Source: Candidatus Rokuibacteriota bacterium (GTDB lineage Bacteria; Methylomirabilota; Methylomirabilia; Rokubacteriales; DASRDR01). From it: 41,252 nt of DNA. Both the position numbers and the translations under genes were made by a program. Positions 1-7,640 of the stretch are shown here, in pieces (within the stretch, counting starts at the first letter, position 1; each line of letters opens with the position of its first letter). The notes under the pieces were generated by a model. The model saw only the letters and a list, made by a program, of their open reading frames with translations, searched no databases and was not told where the DNA came from. The stretch is from contig JBIOTN010000019.1 in NCBI GenBank assembly GCA_044866005.1, positions 1 through 41,252 on the forward strand, read 5' to 3'.

Positions 1-2
1 GG

Positions 3-416
3 CTGAGTCTCGATGACCGAGCCAGGTGGAATGCCTTCAGACCCGCGGAGGTTCGTCGGAAGCTCATGCGCCTGGACGCTGGCGTTTTGGTCAATGAGGG
101 TGAGTACAGTCTGCTCTCTGAGTTCGGTGTCCATGTAACACCGAGCACTGCCCCGCAGACACTTGCAGCTCAGCGACGTCCGACGCTCGGAGGCTATTAC
201 CGCGAGGACGGGTTTCTCGTCTGCTTGAACGAGGTTGCCTGGGCGGTCGGCGTGCTCTCGTTACCAACAGTGCACCTTCTTGGTCCTACAAAGGAGGCGC
301 GCCTTGTCCTCAAGAGCGCGGCCAATCTGCTCGGCAACGTAGGAGGAATTCGTGTGACGCGCCTTGAGGACTTCTGGAAGAATCAGAAGCCCGATCCACG
401 TGAGAATGGTGGCTAA
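3..416 (+). CDS. Integron cassette 1 ORF, 5'-partial hypothetical protein (possibly DUF5677/HEPN-like helical family)
   Basis: Frame is open from nt 3 to TAA at 414-416, and the stop lies inside the attC inverse core [17 protein letters not shown] resembles the YxxLSxxxH motif of DUF5677-like proteins (weak). Confidence 0.6.
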   Translation: MSLDDRARWNAFRPAEVRRKLMRLDAGVLVNEGEYSLLSEFGVHVTPSTAPQTLAAQRRPTLGGYYREDGFLVCLNEVAWAVGVLSLPTVHLLGPTKEARLVLKSAANLLGNVGGIRVTRLEDFWKNQKPDPRENGG

Positions 417-506
417 CAAGCGCATCAACCCGTCGGCGGGCGACGCTCGGAGGGCAGGCCGGGGTTCGCCGGCGCCGCCCGCCGCGGGCTATGCGCAGCG
501 TTCGCC
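411..506 (+). repeat. attC site 1 (96 bp)
   Basis: GGCTAAC-aagcg-catcaacccg...cgggctatg-cgcagc-GTTCGCC, with internal palindrome cggcgggcg/cgcccgccg. Confidence 0.88.
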
Positions 507-550
507 TTGAAGGGGCAAGTCACCCACGACCAGGCGGACCCGACCAAGCG

Positions 551-874
551 ATGAGCGACACGTTTCGGCGGATCCTCGACCTCATCCAGAGGGGCGAGGT
601 TCTGATCTCCGCGCACGGATACGATGAGATGGCCGAGGACGGTATCCTTGCCGGTGAGGTGATCGACGGTGTCGGAGCTGCAGTCGCTGTTGAGGACTAC
701 CCTGCCTACCCCAAGGGGCCGTGCGTTCTCGTTCTTCAGCGGGATAGAAGGGGAAGCCCGATCCACGTAGTCTGGGGTATACCGAGCGGGCAGACGTCGC
801 CGGCGGTCCTGGTCACTGCCTATCGACCGGATCCCGCTCGCTGGACAGAAGATTTCCTGAGGAGGAGGCCATGA
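551..874 (+). CDS. DUF4258-family protein (putative toxin), cassette 2
   Basis: [27 protein letters not shown]...[15 protein letters not shown]...PIHVVWG...[13 protein letters not shown] pattern typical of DUF4258. Confidence 0.8.
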   Translation: MSDTFRRILDLIQRGEVLISAHGYDEMAEDGILAGEVIDGVGAAVAVEDYPAYPKGPCVLVLQRDRRGSPIHVVWGIPSGQTSPAVLVTAYRPDPARWTEDFLRRRP

Positions 875-1086
875 ACACGAGGCGTCATACAAAGTTCGTC
901 CGCGAGGGCCCGTACGCCGCAGAGGTTGATGTCGAGCTGATCGAAGAGGGCAACGGCTGGTCACCGTATCTCTCTCGTGATGACGCACGCAAGCTGGACG
1001 ACGTGCGGGAGGCCTTGCGGCGTGGAGATATCCAAGGCGCTTCCCGTCTCGCCCGCGTGTTCAGCGTCACGCCCGTGCGCCAGTGA
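871..1086 (+). CDS. Small hypothetical protein, putative antitoxin partner of DUF4258
   Basis: ATGA overlap with the upstream gene, GGAGG RBS, 71 aa, same cassette. Confidence 0.72.
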   Translation: MNTRRHTKFVREGPYAAEVDVELIEEGNGWSPYLSRDDARKLDDVREALRRGDIQGASRLARVFSVTPVRQ

Positions 1087-1093
1087 GCGGCCG

Positions 1094-1153
1094 GGCGAAC
1101 AAGCGCACGCAGCGGACGCGGCTGCGCCGTGCCGCTGATACGCGACGTTAGGC
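1094..1153 (+). repeat. attC site 2 (60 bp)
   Basis: GGCGAAC-aagcg-cacgcagcgg...ccgctgata-cgcgac-GTTAGGC. GGCGAAC is the exact complement of the cassette's leading GTTCGCC (500-506). Confidence 0.92.
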
Positions 1154-1210
1154 GTCATGGATACCGTATTCGTGCTCGACCGAGCCGGAGGCATCTTCAG
1201 GGTTGATCGA

Positions 1211-2194
1211 ATGACACGGCGCGAGTTCGTCACGGTTCTCGGTGTCGCTGTGGTATGGCCGGTGGCTGCGCGTGCGCAACAGACGTCGATGCCGGCGGTC
1301 GGGTTCCTCGGCAGCGAATCGCCTGCCCTGTTCGCAAGCCATCTACGGATGTTCCGTCAAGGGCTGAGCGAAACGGGCTATGTCGAAGGTCGGAACGTTG
1401 CCATCGAATATCGTTGGGCCGAGGGCCAAAACGATCGACTGCCTGCCCTGGCGGCCGATCTGGTTCGTCGCCAAGTGCGCGTAATTGCTACACCTGGTAC
1501 GACTCCTGGCGCACTTGCCGCAAAGGCGGCAACCACGACGATTCCGATCGTGTTCTTTACGGCGGGTGACCCGGTTGCGCTCAAGCTCGTCTCCAGCCTG
1601 AGCCGCCCGGGCGGCAACGCCACGGGCGCGACCTCCTTGGGCGGTGACCTTGCGCCGAAGCGCCTGGAACTGCTGCACCAGCTCATGCCCACGGCGACCG
1701 TCATCGCCGTGCTCGTCAACCCGAGCAATCCCGTGCTTGCCGAATCCACCGCGAGAAGACTACAGGAGGCGGCCCGTAGCCTCGGCCTGCGGCTCCATAC
1801 TCTGCGCGCCAGCACCGAACGCGACTTCGATTCGGTTTTTACAGAGCTAGTCCGACTACGAGTAAGCGCGCTCGTGATCGCCATTGATTCATTCTTCACG
1901 GCCCGAAGAGAACAGCTCGGCGCGCTTGCTCTCCGCCACGCGATAGCTGCGATCTATCAGGATCGCGACTTCGCTGTGACCGGCGGCGTGATCAGCTATG
2001 GTGGAAGCCTAATGGAAGGGTACCGCCTGGTCGGCCTCTATACCGGCCGTATCCTCAAGGGCGAGAGGCCGGCCGATCTACCGGTCCAGCAGATCACAAG
2101 AGTTGAGCTGATCATCAACATGAAGACAGCCAAGGCGCTCGGCCTGAGCGTGCCGCCGACCCTGCTCGCGCTCGCCGACGAGGTGATCGAGTAA
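1211..2194 (+). CDS. Orphan ABC transporter substrate-binding protein (ABC_sub_bind type), cassette 3
   Basis: MTRREFVTVLGVAVVWPVAARAQQ signal, GYVEGRNVAIEYRWAEG, RPGGNATG, KGERPADLPVQQ, LLALADEVIE terminus. Alternative in-frame ATG at 1157. Confidence 0.9.
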   Translation: MTRREFVTVLGVAVVWPVAARAQQTSMPAVGFLGSESPALFASHLRMFRQGLSETGYVEGRNVAIEYRWAEGQNDRLPALAADLVRRQVRVIATPGTTPGALAAKAATTTIPIVFFTAGDPVALKLVSSLSRPGGNATGATSLGGDLAPKRLELLHQLMPTATVIAVLVNPSNPVLAESTARRLQEAARSLGLRLHTLRASTERDFDSVFTELVRLRVSALVIAIDSFFTARREQLGALALRHAIAAIYQDRDFAVTGGVISYGGSLMEGYRLVGLYTGRILKGERPADLPVQQITRVELIINMKTAKALGLSVPPTLLALADEVIE

Positions 2195-2306
2195 GCTCGG
2201 CAATGATCGTTGTGGCACGCCCCGGAGATTCCGCGATGCCCGCTGCTCAGTGAGATAGCCGGAAGTGAACGTGAAATGAGCCGCACTCGACGGGCTGATA
2301 CATGAC

Positions 2307-2366
2307 GCCCAACCAGCCTGTGGAGCGGACCCGCCGTCGGCGGGCCGCTCACTGGCAGCGTTGGGC
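2307..2366 (+). repeat. attC site 3 (60 bp)
   Basis: GCCCAAC-cagcc-tgtggagcgg-acccgccgtcggcggg-ccgctcac-tggcagc-GTTGGGC. Confidence 0.92.
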
Positions 2367-2381
2367 AGACAGAGGTGCTTG

Positions 2382-3086
2382 ATGAACGCGTGTGACAAGC
2401 AGATCGCTCAGCTTTTCACGGCGGAGCTTCAGTTCCGTCTCGCGTCTGCGGTCCGGCTCGCCACGACAAGGAACCTTCAGCCCCTCGACGTCCCGATGGA
2501 GTGGACTCACGGCCAGCATCGCGTGAAGTATGAGGAGGTCGCGCTGCGCCCTGACCAAGCAGACTACGCTGCGTGCTTCCTTCACCGGTCGGCAACCTTT
2601 CTCATGGCTATAGCCATGAAGGATGCGATTCGCGCGGCCGTACCCGATCCAAAGGCATCCACCGATCCCGGCGTGCGATCTGCGTATCAGATCTCGCGGC
2701 TCATTCGGAATGCCTTTGCTCACGCCCCATTCGCCCCGACGTGGTCGATCGATCCAGACTGCCGTGACCAGGTCTTCACCGTTCCCGATGTAATCGTGCT
2801 CGATACCACGGGTCTCCACGGTGCCGCGTTTGACTGGCGGCATTACGGCGGACCGCTTGCCCTGCTGCGTCTCTGCCGGTTCGTTCGCGTCGAGATCCTT
2901 AAAGACGATCGGCCCCCACGCAAAGTGGTGCCGCTCCCGGGCGCCGCCATCTATCAGATTGGTGACCTCATCCTGACAAAGGACGAGATCCCGGCAGATG
3001 CGGTGCGAGTCGAAGCCGGAAGACTTGCAGATGGCGGCATCCCGCTTCAGGGCGGATACGTCATCCGGCCTGCGAAGAAGGAGTGA
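2382..3086 (+). CDS. Hypothetical protein with RxxxxH (RNAFAH) motif, possibly HEPN-like, cassette 4
   Basis: GAGG RBS before ATG 2382; ORF fills the cassette; ISRLIRNAFAH motif. Confidence 0.7.
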   Translation: MNACDKQIAQLFTAELQFRLASAVRLATTRNLQPLDVPMEWTHGQHRVKYEEVALRPDQADYAACFLHRSATFLMAIAMKDAIRAAVPDPKASTDPGVRSAYQISRLIRNAFAHAPFAPTWSIDPDCRDQVFTVPDVIVLDTTGLHGAAFDWRHYGGPLALLRLCRFVRVEILKDDRPPRKVVPLPGAAIYQIGDLILTKDEIPADAVRVEAGRLADGGIPLQGGYVIRPAKKE

Positions 3087-3106
3087 GCGGTTCTGAAGCT
3101 CAGGCT

Positions 3107-3125
3107 GCCCAACTGAGCGTTAGCC
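3107..3125 (+). repeat. Truncated attC site 4 (19 bp, L boxes missing)
   Basis: GCCCAAC-tgagc-GTTAGCC. The left core complements the cassette 4 start; the right core is complemented by the cassette 5 attC. Confidence 0.8.
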
Positions 3126-3144
3126 ATCGAGGTCAGCACGGCAT

Positions 3145-4032
3145 ATGGCCAAGGCGAAGCAGCAGAGTCCAGTAGAGGGCGCCCAGTTCGTTCGCTACTT
3201 CGGACCCCTACTCGATGCGCTTCGTGCGCTCGGCGGATCAGGGAGCCCGGACGAGGTCGTCGAACGGATCGCGGCCGACCTCAAGCTTTCCGACGAGCTC
3301 CAGAATGAACTCCTTCCATCCGGCGAACCTCGTTATCGAAATCAAGTCCACTGGGCCAGGTTCTATCTCGTGCGAGAGGGTCTGCTCGACTCCTCGAGAC
3401 GAGGCGTCTGGAGTCTCACCGAACGCGGGCGTTCCACGACGCTGACTTATCGGCAGGCGCACGAAATCTTCCTGAAATGGGTCCGTATCTTTCAGGAACA
3501 ACGGCGCGCGAAGGCGATGAAGGCCGAGCCACCTGAGGAGATTGTTGCCGAGGCGGCCGCCACGACACCCGAGGACTACAGAAGTGCTGTCATGGACGTC
3601 CCCCTCAAGCTGCCAGCGTCCGGGTTCGAGCGACTCTGCCAACGCGTCCGGCGCGAGGCGGGCTTCACGCAGGTGGTCGTCACCGGGCGCAGCGGCGACG
3701 GGGGCATCGACGGATATGGCACCCTTTCCGTAAATCCGCTCGTCTCGTTCAAGGTCCTGTTCCAGTGCAAGCGCTTCAGCAAGTCCGTCTCGCCATCTCA
3801 CGTCCGTGACTTCCGCGGAGGGATGGCTGGCCGCGCGGACAAGGGGATCATTCTCAAAACCGGCGCGTTCACCGCTGAAGCACGGCGCGAGGCGTCGCGT
3901 GATGGTGTACCACCGATCGAACTCATAGACGGTGAGAAACTCATCGACATGCTTGAACAACTCGAGCTCGGCGTCCGACCTGTGAAGACGTACGAAGTCG
4001 ATCACGCCTTCTTCAAGGAGTTCGATGGCTAA
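3145..4032 (+). CDS. mrr: Mrr-family (type IV) restriction endonuclease, cassette 5
   Basis: N-terminal Mrr_N-like RYRNQVHWARFYLVREGLL...RRGVWSLTERG; catalytic domain GRSGDGGIDG...FQCKRF...IELIDGEKL. Confidence 0.9.
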   Translation: MAKAKQQSPVEGAQFVRYFGPLLDALRALGGSGSPDEVVERIAADLKLSDELQNELLPSGEPRYRNQVHWARFYLVREGLLDSSRRGVWSLTERGRSTTLTYRQAHEIFLKWVRIFQEQRRAKAMKAEPPEEIVAEAAATTPEDYRSAVMDVPLKLPASGFERLCQRVRREAGFTQVVVTGRSGDGGIDGYGTLSVNPLVSFKVLFQCKRFSKSVSPSHVRDFRGGMAGRADKGIILKTGAFTAEARREASRDGVPPIELIDGEKLIDMLEQLELGVRPVKTYEVDHAFFKEFDG

Positions 4033-4098
4033 CAACGCAGTCGAGCAGACCGCTGGCTCGCATTCGCTCGCCGCGGCTGCTCACCGCCAACGTTAGGC
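4027..4098 (+). repeat. attC site 5 (72 bp)
   Basis: GGCTAAC-aacgc-agtcgagcag...ctgctcacc-gccaac-GTTAGGC; overlaps the mrr stop codon. Confidence 0.9.
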
Positions 4099-4152
4099 TG
4101 CTTACCAGGATTCGCTGGCCCGGGATTGTCTTCACGAAGGAGGGAGGGAACG

Positions 4153-4485
4153 ATGAAAGTGCTGTTCGTTCTGTATAGGAGATCCGACCTGACCCATGAA
4201 GAGGCCTTGGCCGAGTGGAGCGGGCCGAGGCACACCTCCATAGTGAGGGAAGTTCCAGGCCTCAAGAAATGGGTGCAGAACCACGTCGTCCAGGTACCCA
4301 GTGAGGCGGCGGCCGATGGTATCGGCGAACTATGGTTTGACAATGCAGAGGCGATAGAACAGGCGATGAAGTCGCCGCAGATGGGAGCTGCCGTTGAGGA
4401 CGCGAAGCGGTTTCTAGACATGCAAAGAACATACGCACTCGTCGTTCAAGAGAAGACGGTGATAGAGCAACAACTTGCTGTGTAG
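4153..4485 (+). CDS. EthD-family protein, cassette 6
   Basis: GGAGGG RBS; RRSDLTHEEALAEW...H...VPGLKKWVQNHV...DGIGELWFD...EDAKRFLD. Confidence 0.85.
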   Translation: MKVLFVLYRRSDLTHEEALAEWSGPRHTSIVREVPGLKKWVQNHVVQVPSEAAADGIGELWFDNAEAIEQAMKSPQMGAAVEDAKRFLDMQRTYALVVQEKTVIEQQLAV

Positions 4486-4610
4486 AACGTCTTCGTGCAC
4501 ACCGGTGGCGTGAACGCCCGCTGCGAAACGCCGGCGCGATCGGGGGTCGCGACAGGGAGTCTGACTTTTCAACGAGGCGTTCGAGGCTGCGGCAAGCCTG
4601 TGTCAGCGCA

Positions 4611-4707
4611 GCCTAACAGGCGCTGCAGCCGACGAGCCGCGCTCAGCGCCTTAGCATCGTGCGCGGCACGGACGCGCGGCTCGCGGCTGAGCGCCGATGC
4701 GTTCGCC
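4611..4707 (+). repeat. attC site 6 (97 bp), last of array
   Basis: GCCTAAC-aggcg-ctgcagccgacgagccgcgc...gcgcggctcgcggctgagcgcc-gatgc-GTTCGCC. Confidence 0.88.
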
Positions 4708-4826
4708 GCACTCACTGGCTGCGCTTTGGCGATCGCCCACATGAAGGCCGCGAGTTCCCGCGCGATGGCGGCGGCCACGGTGTTCGGGTGCTTGCCGCGG
4801 GCGAGCAGCCTGCGGTACCGCCCGCA
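4704..4826 (-). pseudogene. C-terminal remnant of an IS110/IS1111-family transposase
   Basis: Translates CGRYRRLLARGKHPNTVAAAIARELAAFMWAIAK, homologous to the C-terminus of the 15739-16845 transposase (RRYRHLVGRGKRAPVAVAAVARELAGFVWAAM). Confidence 0.8.
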
Positions 4827-4901
4827 GCGCGCAAGCGCGGGAATGGCCGGAGCGGACGGGAGCGGACGCCGGCCGGTCGTGCCCGGGCCCGGGCAGGAAG
4901 G

Positions 4902-6110
4902 CTACCGGCCGCGGCGGCCGGGCAGGACGCCGGCGCCCACGGCGACGAGGGTGCAGGCCACGCTGACGAGCCCGAGGGCCACGCGGAGGCTCACGGCCTC
5001 GGCCGCGAGCCCGATCAGCGGCGGCCCGGCCAGGAAGCCGACGTAGCCGGTCGTGGCCACCGCTGCGAGCGCGGTCCCCGCCCGGGCCCCCTCCATTCGC
5101 CCCGCCGCGCTGAAGAGAATCGGAATGATGTTGGCGATCCCGAGCCCCACCAGGGCGAAGCCGACGATCGCCACGAGCGGCTCGCCGACCACCAGGGCCG
5201 CGGTCAACCCGAGCGCGGCAAGGCTGCTCGACGCGCGCACCAGCGGGCCGGCGCCCAGATGCCGGACCAGCCGGTCTCCGCCCAGGCGCCCGGCGGCCAT
5301 CGTCAGCGAGAACGCCGCGAAGCCGGTCGCCGCCACCGCCGGGCTCGCCGCAAGCGCGTCGTGGAGGTACACGGCGCTCCAGTCGGCCATCGCGCCCTCC
5401 GCCAGAAGGCCGGCAAAGGCGAGGAGCCCGAGGCCGAGGTATGCGCGCGCGGGCCTGGCAAAGACCGGACCCGGGCTCTCGGGCCGGGCGCTCGACGGCA
5501 CGAGCCACCGCAGCGACCACGCCACCCCGCCCGCGCAGACGAGCGCGGTGAGGCCGACGTGCTGCCACGGCCCCGCGCCACGCGACATCGCGAGGCTTGC
5601 TCCCGCGGCGCCCGCGACGCCCCCCAGGCTGAAGAGCCCGTGGAACGAGGACATGATCGGCCGGCCGTACCGACGCTCGACGGCGACGGCCTGGGCGTTC
5701 ATGGACACGTCGAGCAATCCGTTGGCCGCGCCAAGCAGTCCCAGCGAGAGCGCGAGCCACGCGACGCTCGGACTCGCCACGGGCAGCGGTAACAGGAGAC
5801 AGAGTCCGAGTGCAGCCCCCGAGGTCAGGACCCGACTCCCCACCCGGCCGACGAGCCAGCCGGCCAGGGGCAGCGCGAGCACCGCGCCCACGGCCATGCA
5901 GAGAAGCACCGCGCCGAGCCGCCCGTCGCTCAGCGCGTGTTCGTCCTTGATCGCAGGGATGTGCGGAAACCAGCTGGCGAGCACCGCGCCGTTGACGAAG
6001 AAGAGCGTCGCGACCGCCCAGCGCGACCGCACCGGCGGTCGCTCCAGGCTCGGGGTCGCGGCCGCTCGGGGCGTCAGCCGGTCAGACGCGCGCGCTCGCG
6101 TCGTCTCCAC
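4902..6110 (-). CDS. MFS transporter
   Basis: About 12 hydrophobic segments; GLLDVSMNAQAV, IMSSFHGLFSLG, LAEGAMADWSAVYL; GTG start inferred from the GGGAG RBS. Confidence 0.88.
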   Translation of the reverse strand: METTRARASDRLTPRAAATPSLERPPVRSRWAVATLFFVNGAVLASWFPHIPAIKDEHALSDGRLGAVLLCMAVGAVLALPLAGWLVGRVGSRVLTSGAALGLCLLLPLPVASPSVAWLALSLGLLGAANGLLDVSMNAQAVAVERRYGRPIMSSFHGLFSLGGVAGAAGASLAMSRGAGPWQHVGLTALVCAGGVAWSLRWLVPSSARPESPGPVFARPARAYLGLGLLAFAGLLAEGAMADWSAVYLHDALAASPAVAATGFAAFSLTMAAGRLGGDRLVRHLGAGPLVRASSSLAALGLTAALVVGEPLVAIVGFALVGLGIANIIPILFSAAGRMEGARAGTALAAVATTGYVGFLAGPPLIGLAAEAVSLRVALGLVSVACTLVAVGAGVLPGRRGR

Positions 6111-6172
6111 TCGGACTCCCGGGCCCGTGGCGCCGCCCGCGATCCGGTGCCCGGGTGTTCCGCCCCGTAGTC

Positions 6173-6778
6173 TCAGACCAGCCAGCGGATGAGACGCGCG
6201 AGCCGGCTGCCGCGCGCGGCGGCGCGCTCGAGGGGAGGCGCGAGGAAGGCGTCCAGGCCGAAGCTCCGTCCCGCGCCGGTCAGCAGGAAGATTACGGCGA
6301 ACATGATCAGCATCACGTACGTCCAGACCCACTCGTGGGGGACGCTCAGGATGCCGAGCGTGATGTTCACGGCCATCCCCAGGGCGACCAGGGCGCCGAA
6401 CCGGGTCAGGAGCCCGAGGATCAGCGACACCCCGATGAAGGTCTCGGTGATCAGCGTCAGCCATCCGAAGAAGGTCCAGTTGGGGATCAGGACGTTGACC
6501 AGGAAGTCCCGGTAGGCGGTCAGGGTGGGGTGCTGGATCTCCTCGTGGACCCAGTACCAGAGCCCGCCCCCCGAGATGCGGCCGAAGTCGTCGGAGGGCA
6601 CCTTCCACTTCGACTGCTGCCACCAGAGCAACCCGTACACGATCCGCGCCAGCCCGAGCGGCCAGAGCGGGGCCATCGCGGTGAGCCAGCCGATCCGGGA
6701 GCGGGGCTCGGTCGTCGCCACGGTCGGGTGTCGCCCGGGAATCCCGATCGCCTCCTCAGACCCCGTTTGCGTGACCAT
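6173..6778 (-). CDS. DoxX/DoxD-family membrane protein
   Basis: LARIVYGLLWW...FFGWLTLITETFIGVSLILGLLTR...GAGRSFGLD. Confidence 0.8.
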   Translation of the reverse strand: MVTQTGSEEAIGIPGRHPTVATTEPRSRIGWLTAMAPLWPLGLARIVYGLLWWQQSKWKVPSDDFGRISGGGLWYWVHEEIQHPTLTAYRDFLVNVLIPNWTFFGWLTLITETFIGVSLILGLLTRFGALVALGMAVNITLGILSVPHEWVWTYVMLIMFAVIFLLTGAGRSFGLDAFLAPPLERAAARGSRLARLIRWLV

Positions 6779-6779
6779 T

Positions 6780-7640
6780 TCACGTCTCCTCGCGGTAGCC
6801 GCACCGGAAGATGCAGCGCTGTCCGGCGTCGTGGTGAAGTTTCGCGCAACGGACGCGCCGCGCGCCCCGGAGCCGCGCGTAGAGCTCCGCTGCCACCAGC
6901 ATACCGAGCGGCGGCGCGGTGAAGTAGATCCAGAGCCCGGTCCAGACCCCCGCCGGCACTGCCGAGCCCATCGTGCGCGCCGGGTTCATGCTCATCCCGG
7001 AGAGCGGGGCCTCGAGCACGATGTACGCCGCGACGAGCCCGCCGGCGAAGAGGCCGGTGAAGCCCGCCAGGCGGGCGCTGTTCGACGCCCCGAGGACGGC
7101 GGCCATGAGCCCGAGCGCGATGGCGAGCTCCGCGACGAACGCCCCTCCCGCGCCGCCCCCGCCCGGCACCGTCGCCGCGAAGCCGACTTCGGGGACCGCC
7201 AGCGCGCCGCCGAGGAGGAGCGCCGCCAGGCTCACGCCCGCGATGGCGCCGGCGAACTGCGCGACGGCGTAGAAGGCGGCGTCCCAGCCCGCGACCTTGC
7301 CGAGCCGCCAGAAGGTCAGGGTCACGGCCGGGTTCAGGTGCGCCCCCGAGCGCCGCCCCCACGGCGAGTAGACGAGGCCCACGGCGGTGAGCCCCATGGC
7401 GAGCCCCATGGGGATCCGCCGGACCACGGCAGTCGCGATCGCCTGCCGGATCGGCGACGCCGGATGCTCCAGCAGGGTGGCCCAGAGACAGGCCGAGAGC
7501 ATGAAGAGCCCGAGCCCGACCCCCTCCATCAGGTACTCGGGCCAGTGGCGCCGGAGCGCCGCGATCGGATCGGCCGCCGGCCGCGCCGGGACCCGGGCCG
7601 TCCCGGCCGGAGCTTCCACGAGGACGCGCCCTGCCGTCAC
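6780..7640 (-). CDS. Aquaporin (MIP family)
   Basis: SGAHLNPAVT and GMSMNPART motifs; GTGA overlap with the upstream stop; C-terminal CAKLHH...CIFRC tail. Confidence 0.92.
   Translation of the reverse strand: MTAGRVLVEAPAGTARVPARPAADPIAALRRHWPEYLMEGVGLGLFMLSACLWATLLEHPASPIRQAIATAVVRRIPMGLAMGLTAVGLVYSPWGRRSGAHLNPAVTLTFWRLGKVAGWDAAFYAVAQFAGAIAGVSLAALLLGGALAVPEVGFAATVPGGGGAGGAFVAELAIALGLMAAVLGASNSARLAGFTGLFAGGLVAAYIVLEAPLSGMSMNPARTMGSAVPAGVWTGLWIYFTAPPLGMLVAAELYARLRGARRVRCAKLHHDAGQRCIFRCGYREET

Larger units (their letters stand above)
1..4707 (+). mobile_element. Integron gene-cassette array, distal end (6 attC sites; intI/attI not in window)
   Basis: Co-oriented short ORFs, each followed by an AAC...GTT imperfect palindrome. 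Each cassette's leading GTT core is complementary to the inverse core of its own attC. Sequence is visibly less GC-rich than the backbone. Confidence 0.92.

Noticed and set aside
2195..2300. Possible degenerate rhizobial-type intergenic repeat after the SBP gene
   Set aside because: Single copy in the window; resemblance is from memory only and cannot be supported without a search.
4486..4610. Non-coding tail in cassette 6 with gacttttcaacgaggc, reminiscent of an IS end
   Set aside because: No partner inverted repeat, duplication or transposase found; too short to support.
411..4707. Repeated palindromes as a CRISPR array or simple terminators
   Set aside because: The repeats are non-identical, separated by whole genes, have attC R/L architecture and lack U-tails; no cas genes.
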